The notes under the pieces were generated by a model. That model was not told the origin of the DNA. It worked only from the letters and a program-made list of their open reading frames with translations, and searched no databases. A stretch of 24,000 nt of DNA, taken from positions 114,972 to 138,971 of the forward strand of contig CAWHAN010000013.1 of NCBI GenBank assembly GCA_963827345.1, written 5' to 3'. Source of the stretch: an uncultured Acidimicrobiia bacterium. Lineage in GTDB: Bacteria > Actinomycetota > Acidimicrobiia > Acidimicrobiales > AC-14. Of this stretch, positions 10,784-20,201 are shown piece after piece (position 1 is the first letter of the stretch; the number at the start of each line of letters is the position of its first letter). Position numbers and translations under genes: made by a program.

Positions 10784-12272
10784 GTGCCACCCGAGCAGTC
10801 GACCGCGCAACAGCCTGCCAGCGTCCCGGAAGCAGAAGAGCAGGCCCCAGAAGAGCTCGAGATCGTCATCGTCGGTGCCGGCCCGGCCGGGCTGACGGCG
10901 GCGTGGGAGCTGTCCAAGAGCGGGCATACCGCCACCATCCTCGAGGCCGATTCGGTGGTCGGCGGTATCGCCCAGACCGCCCAGCGCGACGGCTGGCGCT
11001 TCGACATCGGCGGCCACCGCTTCTTCACCAAGGTCCAGGCGGTCGAGGACGTGTGGCACGAGATCCTCACCGACGACGAGTTCCTGCTGCGCCCCCGGAT
11101 GAGCCGGATCTTCTACAACGGCAAGTTCTTCGACTACCCGCTCAAGCCCGGGAACGCCCTGAAGAGCCTCGGCTTCTTCGAGTCGGTGCGGTGCGTGGCC
11201 TCCTACGGCTGGGCCGGGTGCGCCCCCCGAAGGACCAGTCGACGTTCGAGGGCTGGACCGCCGCCCGCTTCGGCTACCGGCTCTACCGGATCTTCTTCAA
11301 GACGTACACCGAGAAGCTGTGGGGGGTGCCCGCCACCGAGATCCAGGCCGACTGGGCCGCCCAGCGCATCAAGAACCTCTCGCTGATGAAGGCCGTCACC
11401 AACGCCATCCTGCCCAGCCGGAACCAGACGGAGATCACCAGCCTCATCGAGGAGTTCCAGTACCCGAAGTACGGGCCGGGATGATGTGGGAGCGCTGCCG
11501 CGAGAAGGTCGAGGCGCTCGGCACCAAGGTGGAGATGGAGTCACCGGTGACCGCCATCCACCACGCCGGGGGCAAGGCGGTGGCCGTCTCCACGCCCGCC
11601 GGCCGCCACCCGGCCAGCCACGTGATCTCGTCGATGCCGATCTCGACCCTGCTCAAGATCATGGACCCGCCCCCGTCGGCCGAGGTGCTGGCCGCCGCCA
11701 ACAACCTCCACTACCGCGACTTCCTCACCATCGCCCTGGTGGTGCCGGAGGCGTGCGGCTTCCCCGACAACTGGATCTACGTGCACTCGCCCGACGTCCG
11801 CCTGGGGCGCATCCAGAACTTCGGATCGTGGTCGCCGTACCTGGTCAAGGAGGGTCGCACCTGCCTCGGCCTGGAGTACTTCGTGTTCGAGGGCGACGAC
11901 CTCTGGACGATGGCCGACGAGGACCTGGTCGAGCTGGGCAAGAAGGAGCTGGGCATCCTCGGGCTCGTCGACCCGTCCAAGGTCGAGGCCGGCTACGTGG
12001 TGCGGATGCCGAAGGCGTACCCGATGTACGACGCCACCTACAAGGCCAACGTCCAGACCCTGCGGGACTGGATCGAGGCCAACACGCCGAACGTGTTCCC
12101 CGTCGGCCGCAACGGGATGCACCGCTACAACAACCAGGACCACTCCATGTACACGGCGATGCTCTCGATCCGGAACATCCTCGGGGCCGACCCGCCCCAC
12201 GACATCTGGAACGTCAACGTCGAGGCCGTCTACCACGAGGAGAAGGACAAGAAGGCCGAGGCCACCGGCTAG
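10784..12272 (+). pseudogene. NAD(P)/FAD-dependent oxidoreductase (amine-oxidase / UDP-galactopyranose-mutase-like fold, COG1232-type), two frame changes
   Basis: RBS aaggag at 10771-10776, then GTG 10784. Dinucleotide-binding motif EIVIVGAGPAGLTAAWEL...LEADSVVGG, then DIGGHRFFTK. The sequence continues in a second frame from about 11212-11228 (RVRPPKDQSTFEGWTAARFGYRLYRIFFKTYTEKLWGVPATEIQADWAAQRIKNLSL...FQYPKYGPG). It continues in a third frame from about 11473-11481 (MMWERCREKVEALGTKVEM...VGRNGMHRYNNQDHSMYTAMLS...). Both breaks are compatible with 1-nt deletions in G/C runs. Confidence 0.8.
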
Positions 12273-12278
12273 CGAGCG

Positions 12279-13004
12279 TCACTCGGCGGGTGACGGCCGG
12301 CCCTCCTGCCACAGCACCAACCGGAGGCGGGCCAGGCCAACCAGCGACCTCGGGATGCGGCGGGCGATCGACGTCCTCGACGGTCGGCGCTCCTCCACCA
12401 GCACCGGCAGCTCCTCGACGCGGAGCCCGGCCCGCTCGGCCCGGATCACCAGGCTCGGTGTCGAACAGGTCGGTGCCGAACTTCGAGTCCTTCACCAGGG
12501 CCACCATCTCCTTGCGCCGCAGGACCTTCATGCCGTGGGTGTCGGACACGCCGAGGCCGAAGCCCATCCGCAGCGTGCTGGAGAACGCCCACGTCACCAG
12601 GCGGCGGCTCCATCCCCGGGTGTCGACCGCACCCGGCCCCGCTTGCTGCCGACGACGATGGCCGGACCGCCGGGTCGCTCGAGAACCGCCAGCGCCTGGT
12701 CGAGAAACCCCAGGTCGTAGTAGTCGACGTCGAAGATCACCACCGCGTCGCCGGTGGCGGCGAGGAACCCCTGCCGGAGCGCGTTGCCGTAGTCCGCCTG
12801 GGCGAGCGAGATGCAGCGGACCTCGGGCAGGTCGCCGCACAGCTTGGCCGCCACCGCCGCGGTGGCGTCGGACGAGCCGTTCTCGACCACGACGACCTCG
12901 AAATCGCGCCGTCCCCGAAGGCCCAGCACCACCTCTTCGACCGAGGCGGCGAGGAAGTCCTCCTCGTCGTGGGCGGGCATGACCACCGAGATCAAGGTCC
13001 TCAT
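12279..13004 (-). pseudogene. Glycosyltransferase family 2 (polyprenyl-phosphate sugar synthase / Ppm1-GtrB-like), two compensating frame changes
   Basis: MRTLISVVMPAHDEEDFLAASVEEVV...VVVENGSSDATAAVAAKL...AVVIFDVDYYD is a GT-A fold N-terminus with a DxD-type motif. After ...AIVVGSKRG (about 12632-12640, 1-nt deletion) it continues PGAVDTRGWSRRLVTWAFSSTLRMGFGLGVSDTHGMKVLRR...GTDLFDTE. After about 12450-12456 (1-nt insertion) it returns to the original frame: LVIRAERAGLRVEELPVLVEERRPSRTSIARRIPRSLVGLARLRLVLWQEGRPSPAE, with the stop at 12279-12281. ATG 13004 is preferred over TTG 13031. Confidence 0.8.
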
Positions 13005-13030
13005 CCTGCCCCAACTACATTGGGTGCCCA

Positions 13031-14428
13031 ATGGCGATTGCCGCGATCTTCAAGGCGTACGACATTCGCGGCATCGTGCCCGACCAACTCGACGCGTCCA
13101 TCGCCCGGTCGGTGGGCGTCGCCTTCGCCCGGTTCACCGGCGCACCCCGCATCCTGATGGGCCGCGACATGCGGGCGTCCGGGGCGGCTCTGTCCGCCGC
13201 CTTCGCCGACGGCGCCACCTCCGAGGGCGCCGACGTCGTCGACCTCGGGCTGATCTCGAGCGACCTGGTGTACTTCGCCGCCGGCAGCCTCGACGCCCCG
13301 GCGGCAATGTTCACCGCCTCCCACAACCCCGCCGAGTACAACGGGATCAAGCTGTGCCTGTCCGGGGCCCGGCCGGTCGGCCAGGACACCGGGCTGGGCG
13401 AGATCCAGAAGATGGTCGAGGACGGCGTCGGCACCGAGGACGACGGCGAGGCCACCGGCACGCGGGGCACGGTGACCTCGCTCGACCTGCTGGGCGAGTT
13501 CGCCGAGCACGTCAGGTCGTTCATCGACCTCTCCAAGCTCCGGCCGCTCAAGGTGATCGCCGACGCCGGCAACGGCATGGGCGGGCTCGTCGTCCCCGAG
13601 GTCTTCAGCGGGCTGCCGTTCGACCTGGAGATGATGTACGCCGAGCTCGACGGCACCTTCCCCAACCACCCGCCCAACCCCATCGAGCCCGAGAACCTGA
13701 AGGACCTCCAGGCCCGGGTGCTCGAAACCGGCGCCGACGTCGGCCTGGCCTTCGACGGCGACGCCGACCGGGTGTTCCTCGTCGACGACAAGGCCGAGCC
13801 GGTGTCGGGCTCCACCACCGCCACCATGGTCGCGGCGGCGCTGCTGGGGAGGACGCCCGGCGCCACCATCCTCTACAACCTGATCTGCTCCAAGGCGCTG
13901 CCCGAGATCGTGGAGGAGAAGGGTGGCAAGCCGATCCGCACTCGGGTGGGCCACTCGTTCATCAAGGCCGTCATGGCCGACACCGGCGCCATCTTCGGCG
14001 GCGAGCACAGCGGCCACTACTACTTCCTCGACAACTACCGGGCCGACTCCGGGCTCATCGCGTCGATGGTCGTCATGCAGCTGCTGTCGGAGGCGGGCGA
14101 GCCGCTGTCCGAGCTGCGCAAGCCCTTCGAGCGCTATTCCGACTCCGGCGAGATCAACGTGCCGGTGGACGACGACCCCCACGCCGTCATCGACGGCCTC
14201 GCCGACGCCTACCCCGACGCCGAGCAGGACCGCACCGACGGGCTCACGGTCGACCTGGGGGACTGGTGGTTCAACGTCCGACCGTCCAACACCGAGCCCG
14301 TGCTGCGGCTGAACCTCGAGGCCGCCGACGACGAGTCCTGCCGGGCCCACGTCGACGAGGTACTGACTCTAATGAAAAAGAATGGGCCTCATGAAAAGGA
14401 ATGGGTCCTCATGAAAGGCAAGAACTGA
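13031..14428 (+). CDS. manB: Phosphomannomutase/phosphoglucomutase (alpha-D-phosphohexomutase family)
   Basis: Intact 465-aa ORF. Catalytic serine loop TASHNPAEYNGIK, Mg-binding loop FDGDADR, sugar-binding GGEHSGHYYF. The N-terminus IFKAYDIRG is typical of the family. It carries an unusual Lys-rich 19-aa C-terminal extension encoded by a low-GC repeat. Confidence 0.93.
   Translation: MAIAAIFKAYDIRGIVPDQLDASIARSVGVAFARFTGAPRILMGRDMRASGAALSAAFADGATSEGADVVDLGLISSDLVYFAAGSLDAPAAMFTASHNPAEYNGIKLCLSGARPVGQDTGLGEIQKMVEDGVGTEDDGEATGTRGTVTSLDLLGEFAEHVRSFIDLSKLRPLKVIADAGNGMGGLVVPEVFSGLPFDLEMMYAELDGTFPNHPPNPIEPENLKDLQARVLETGADVGLAFDGDADRVFLVDDKAEPVSGSTTATMVAAALLGRTPGATILYNLICSKALPEIVEEKGGKPIRTRVGHSFIKAVMADTGAIFGGEHSGHYYFLDNYRADSGLIASMVVMQLLSEAGEPLSELRKPFERYSDSGEINVPVDDDPHAVIDGLADAYPDAEQDRTDGLTVDLGDWWFNVRPSNTEPVLRLNLEAADDESCRAHVDEVLTLMKKNGPHEKEWVLMKGKN
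14372..14427 (+). repeat. Low-GC tandem repeat (~19-20 bp unit atgaaaaRgaatgggYcctc, about 2.8 copies) at the manB 3' end / trm112-like start
   Basis: 14372-14390 atgaaaaagaatgggcctc. 14391-14410 atgaaaaggaatgggtcctc. 14411-14427 atgaaaggcaagaactg. It is followed by atgggtctgg (the real downstream start at 14428), which resembles the aatgggYcctc half of the unit. The stretch is strikingly A/T-rich against the rest of the window. Confidence 0.85.
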
Positions 14429-14678
14429 TGGGTCTGGATGCCCGGCTGCTCGAGATTCTGGCGTGCCCGGAGGACCGCGGCCCCCTCCTCTACTTCACCG
14501 ACGAGGACAGCCTCTACAACCCCCGCCTCCACCGCCGGTACGCGGTGCGTGACGGCATCCCGATCATGCTGATCGACGAGGCCGAGACCGTCGACGACGC
14601 CGAGCACGGCCGTCTCGTGGCCAAGGCCGAGGCCGACGGCGTCCGGCCCACGTTCACACCCGCAACTGGCGGCGAGGC

Positions 14679-14682
<4 letters not shown>
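14428..14682 (+). CDS. Trm112 family protein (UPF0434/DUF343-like small zinc-ribbon-fold protein)
   Basis: MGLDARLLEILACPEDRGPLLYFTDEDSLYNPRLHRRYAVRDGIPIMLIDEAE is the Trm112p-like signature (LLxILxCP...G.L...YP.rDGIP.mL..EA). ATG 14428 overlaps the manB stop (tgatg). ORF-track start 14401 lies inside the repeat and is less likely. Confidence 0.8.
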
Positions 14683-17022
<2,340 letters not shown>

Positions 17023-17036
17023 AGCTCCTGGTGAAT

Positions 17037-17071
17037 GTGCAAGAAGGTCGCTATATGCGACCTTCTTGCAC
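17037..17071 (+). terminator. Perfect 15-bp stem / 5-nt loop hairpin directly downstream of ahcY (terminator-like, no clear U-tract)
   Basis: gtgcaagaaggtcgc (17037-17051), tatat, gcgaccttcttgcac (17057-17071). The arms are exact reverse complements. It sits 15 nt after the ahcY stop and is relatively A/T-rich. Confidence 0.55.
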
Positions 17072-17172
17072 GCTCGCCGGCCCGACCGACTGCCGGCGCC
17101 GAGGCGCCCTGGCGTGGCCGAACCGGGGTCACAAAACGGCGCCATCCACCGCCCTGTGTCACCAGTTGGGCC

Positions 17173-17826
17173 TTGACTCCGGCGGCAAGGCTGGCTGTCG
17201 CACCCTTGGGTACCTTCGGCGGCGTGTTCCTGCCTGTCAGCTGCCCGGTGTGCGGGGCCAAGGGGAGCGCGCCGTGCCCGGCCTGCGCGGCCGGGCTGCG
17301 GCGGGCGCCCTCGTTGCCGGCGCCGCCTGGCGTCGACTCCTGCGCCGCCTTCCTCGCCTACGAGGACGTGGGCCGGGAGCTCGTCGCCCGGTTCAAGTAC
17401 CGCAACGCCCGCTCGTCGCTCGGCTTCCTGGCCCGGGCGCTGGTCGCCCTGGCCCCGCCCGTGCCCTTCGACGCCGTCACCTGGGCGCCGACCACCGCCG
17501 CCCGACGGCGGCGTCGTGGCTTCGACCAGGCCGAGCTCCTGGCACGTGCGGTGGCCCGGGCCCTGCGACTCCCGGCACGATCGCTGCTCGTCCGCCGACC
17601 CGGCCCCATCCAGACCGGCCAGCCGCTGGCCGGCCGCCGCGCCGGTCCCGCCTTCGAACCCAGCCGGCCGGCACCGGCGCGGGTCCTCCTCGTCGACGAC
17701 GTCGTCACCAGCGGCGCGACGGTCTCGGCGGCAGCGAGGGCGCTGCGGCAGTCGGGGGCGATCGAGGTCCACGTCGTGGCGGTGGCCCGCACGCCGTCGC
17801 CCGGGGCGCGGGCGGTGGGGGCGTAG
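17173..17826 (+). CDS. comF: ComF family protein (phosphoribosyltransferase-domain, ComFC-like)
   Basis: N-terminal double CxxC (SCPVCGAKGSAPCPAC). Also FLAYEDVGRELVARFKYRN, WAPTTAARRRRRGFDQAELLARAVA and the PRTase loop VLLVDDVVTSGATV. The start is uncertain: TTG 17173 or GTG 17224. ORF-track ATG 17035 overlaps the upstream hairpin and is unlikely. Confidence 0.8.
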   Translation: MTPAARLAVAPLGTFGGVFLPVSCPVCGAKGSAPCPACAAGLRRAPSLPAPPGVDSCAAFLAYEDVGRELVARFKYRNARSSLGFLARALVALAPPVPFDAVTWAPTTAARRRRRGFDQAELLARAVARALRLPARSLLVRRPGPIQTGQPLAGRRAGPAFEPSRPAPARVLLVDDVVTSGATVSAAARALRQSGAIEVHVVAVARTPSPGARAVGA

Positions 17827-17844
17827 ACTGCGGCGGTGGTCGTG

Positions 17845-18133
17845 CGTGGGTCTGTGGTTGAAAGTCGAGGCCAGTCGCAGGCAAAACGACCCACGTAAGG
17901 CAACCCGTGGTTGCTGAGCATGGTGCGGCTTAGGAGTAAGCCCTGCCCCGCAGGGAGCCCGATTGGCGGGCCTCTTCGGGAGAGGGGGGGAAACGTGCAC
18001 GACAGACGGTGTTGGGCCAGGTCCACCGGCCGCCACCGTTCGGGCCCGACACTCCCCGGCAGGCGAGTGTGGGGGCAAAGACCAGGTCAGCCACGCACGG
18101 CCACAACCACCCCCGCGGTGCCGGCCTCGGCCG
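17845..18133 (+). ncRNA. Candidate structured ncRNA in the comF-hpf spacer (position and context of the raiA motif RNA class); boundaries approximate
   Basis: There is no plausible ORF here, but there is a chain of exact short helices. Pairs: cgtgggtc 17845-52 / gacccacg 17888-95; gcaacc 17900-05 / ggttgc 17909-14; ggctta 17927-32 / taagcc 17937-42; ccctgc 17941-46 / gcaggg 17950-55; cctct 17971-75 / agagg 17981-85; acggtg 18006-11 / caccgt 18034-39; acactc 18049-54 / gagtgt 18065-70. The context (downstream of comFC, upstream of hpf/raiA) is what I recall for raiA-motif RNAs. The consensus was not checked. Confidence 0.45.
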
Positions 18134-18170
18134 GCAAAGCCGCCAGGCGATCGGCTTTGCTCTAGTTTTC
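18134..18170 (+). terminator. Intrinsic-terminator-like hairpin with T-rich tail, 33 nt upstream of the hpf start
   Basis: gcaaagccg (18134-18142), 9-nt loop ccaggcgat, cggctttgc (18152-18160), then tctagttttc (18161-18170). Confidence 0.5.
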
Positions 18171-18202
18171 GGTCCACGTCGAGTCCAGTCCAGGGAGCTT
18201 GC

Positions 18203-18763
18203 ATGGAGGTAACGATCCGAGGCCGCAACGTCGACGTGTCCGACGCCCTCAAGGCGTCGGCGCGGGACAAGGTCACCCGCCTGAGCCGTCACCTCGACGG
18301 TTGGGAGCAGGCCGAGGTCCACTTCTCCGAGGAGAAGAACCCGAGGATCTCGGCCAAGGAGGTGTGTGAGGTCACCCTGCGCGGCCACGGTCACATCATC
18401 AGGGCCAAGGCGGCGTCGTCCGACATGTTCGCGTCGGTCGACAGGGTCATCGACAAGCTCGAGCACCAGATCGAGAAGCTCAAGAGCCGCCAGCAGGCCA
18501 GGACCCACCCTCGGCGCGGACCGGTAGACTCGTCCGACAACGACCTGCCGAACGAGAGTTGGGACGAGGAGCGCACTGCCGGCGGGGCGAGGATCGTCAA
18601 GTCCAAGCGCTTCGAGATCAAGCCGATGACGCCCGAGGAAGCAGCGCTGCAGATGGACATGCTTGGCCACGGCTTCTACTTCTTCATCAACGCCGACACC
18701 GGCGTCGCCGCGGTGGTCTACCGCCGCGGCGACGGTGACGTCGGGCTGATCGACGCCACCTAG
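18203..18763 (+). CDS. hpf: Ribosome hibernation promoting factor, long form (HPF/RaiA family)
   Basis: MEVTIRGRNVDVSDALKASARDKVTRLSRHL... (S30AE/YfiA N-domain), a linker, then the C-terminal dimerisation domain RIVKSKRFEIKPMTPEEAALQMDMLGHGFYFFINADTGVAAVVYRRGDGDVGLI. RBS cagggag lies upstream of ATG 18203. Confidence 0.93.
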   Translation: MEVTIRGRNVDVSDALKASARDKVTRLSRHLDGWEQAEVHFSEEKNPRISAKEVCEVTLRGHGHIIRAKAASSDMFASVDRVIDKLEHQIEKLKSRQQARTHPRRGPVDSSDNDLPNESWDEERTAGGARIVKSKRFEIKPMTPEEAALQMDMLGHGFYFFINADTGVAAVVYRRGDGDVGLIDAT

Positions 18764-18819
18764 CCTGATGTTCCTGGGCGTGCGAGCGGGGAGGTGCTCG
18801 TGGGTGTGACGGTGGCGCG

Positions 18820-19476
18820 ATGACCGATGCCGGACGCGGGCCGGCCGAGCCCATCCGGGTGTTGATCTCCGACGACCACGACCTGTTCCGCAAGGGTCTC
18901 CGGATGGTGCTGGAGGCCGAGGACGACATCGAGGTGGTGGCCGAGGCGGCCGACGGTCAGCAGGCCGTGGCCCGGGTCGAGGAGCTGGCCCCCGACGTCG
19001 TGCTCATGGACGTGCGCATGCCGCGGATGGGCGGCATCGACGCCACCCGCACCATCCGCCAGCTGTTCCCCTCCACCCGGATCATCGTCCTCACCGTGAG
19101 CGACGAGCAGGACGACCTCTACGGCGCGGTCAAGGCCGGCGCCAACGGGTACCTCCTCAAAGAGGTCTCCATCGAGGAGGTGGCCGACGCGGTCCGGGCC
19201 GTCTACGCCGGCCAGAGCCTGATCTCGCCGTCGCTGGCCTCCAAGCTGCTGAGCGACTTCTCGGGCCAGGTGGGGTCGGCGGCCGACGCCGCCCTCTCGT
19301 CGGCGACGCCCCGGCTGTCCGACCGCGAGGTCGAGATCCTCAAGCTCGTCGCCCTCGGCCTCGGCAACCACGACGTCGCCGGGCAGCTCCAGGTGTCGGA
19401 GAACACGGTGCGCAACCACGTGGCCAACATCCTGGTGAAGCTCCAGCTGCGGGCCCAGATCGAGGCCGCGACCTGA
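18820..19476 (+). CDS. NarL/LuxR-family two-component response regulator (no kinase gene adjacent)
   Basis: REC domain IRVLISDDHDLFRKGL...PDVVLMDVRMPRMGG...IIVLTVSDE...KAGANGYLLK. C-terminal LuxR HTH LSDREVEILKLVALGLGNHDVAGQLQVSENTVRNHVANILVKLQL. Confidence 0.92.
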   Translation: MTDAGRGPAEPIRVLISDDHDLFRKGLRMVLEAEDDIEVVAEAADGQQAVARVEELAPDVVLMDVRMPRMGGIDATRTIRQLFPSTRIIVLTVSDEQDDLYGAVKAGANGYLLKEVSIEEVADAVRAVYAGQSLISPSLASKLLSDFSGQVGSAADAALSSATPRLSDREVEILKLVALGLGNHDVAGQLQVSENTVRNHVANILVKLQLRAQIEAAT

Positions 19477-19577
19477 GCGTCACCCCCCGGGGCCTGACGG
19501 TCATCCCAAGGGGGACGTACTCCGACTGGTTCTGGCCGGCGACGACGGGCGGCTTCACCGGCTTCGAGCACCGGCTG

Positions 19578-20186
19578 GTGCCCGAGCTCGACCCCGGCCC
19601 CGACTCGATGTACTTCTGGGCCCACCAGTTCCAGCTGATCGGCGGCGAGGGCGGCTATCTCGGCCTGCAGACCAAGGGCAACCGGGCCGACGGCAGTCTG
19701 GGCAAGATGGCGATCTTCTCGATCTGGGACGCGGTCGAGGCCGAGGGCGCCGGGCCCGGCGGATTCGGCGCGGTGCGGTTCGGCGGCGAGGGCACCGGGT
19801 GGAGCTGCCGCATCCCGTACCGCTGGGTGGCCGGCGACGCCTACCGGCTACGGCTGTGGACCGACGGCGCCGGCTGGTGGGCGGCGACGGTGGCCGACGA
19901 GCGCTCCGGCCTGGTCAGCCCCATCGGCCGCATCCGCGTGCCGGGGGACTGGGGCCGCCTCGGAAGCTGGTCGGTGATGTGGACCGAGTACTACGGCCGT
20001 CCGCTGCGTCGATGCACCCAGCTCGCCCGCTCGCGGACGATCTTCGGCACTCCCCTGGGCGACGACGGCACTCGGCAAGTGGTACCCGACCGCCGGCACG
20101 ACCACCTGAGCGACGGCACCTGCCCGGCGTCGGTGGAGGAGGTCGACGAAGGCGTCCGCCAGGAGATGGGCATGCCCGAGGCCTGA
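19578..20186 (+). CDS. DUF3472-like domain protein (function unknown); 5' end unresolved
   Basis: SMYFWAHQFQLIGGEGGYLGLQTKG...KMAIFSIWDA...VRFGGEGTGWSCRIPYRWVAGDAYRLRLW...WWAATVADERSG...GSWSVMWTEYYG resembles the DUF3472 pattern as I remember it (GGYxGlQ ... FSvWd ... FGGEGtG ... W..G..Y). Protein-like sequence continues upstream in frame to about 19479, with no ATG, GTG or TTG. Confidence 0.55.
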   Translation: MPELDPGPDSMYFWAHQFQLIGGEGGYLGLQTKGNRADGSLGKMAIFSIWDAVEAEGAGPGGFGAVRFGGEGTGWSCRIPYRWVAGDAYRLRLWTDGAGWWAATVADERSGLVSPIGRIRVPGDWGRLGSWSVMWTEYYGRPLRRCTQLARSRTIFGTPLGDDGTRQVVPDRRHDHLSDGTCPASVEEVDEGVRQEMGMPEA

Positions 20187-20201
20187 GCGGCCCTGCTCAG
20201 G
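20182..20201. terminator. Short hairpin spanning both stop codons of the convergent DUF3472-like and DUF2079 genes (possible bidirectional terminator)
   Basis: cctgagc (20182-20188), loop ggccct, gctcagg (20195-20201). It has only a 7-bp stem and no U-tract. Confidence 0.3.

Noticed and set aside
17035-17172. ATG 17035 as the comF start codon
   Set aside because: That start and the following codons form the perfect 15-bp hairpin downstream of ahcY. The encoded N-terminus is not ComF-like. In-frame TTG 17173 or GTG 17224, just before the CxxC motif, are more plausible.
17855-17945. RNase P RNA-like snippets (ggttgaaagtcgagg, ggttgctgag, ggctta) in the comF-hpf spacer
   Set aside because: These are only short resemblances to the CR-I and P18 regions. 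The universally conserved GAGGAAAGUCCGGGC and ACAGAAnCCGGCUUA elements and the overall architecture are absent.
18820-19476. Orphan NarL-type response regulator as part of a novel system
   Set aside because: As I recall, a kinase-less LuxR/NarL regulator next to hpf/comF is a conserved arrangement in Actinomycetota. Nothing in the sequence is unusual.
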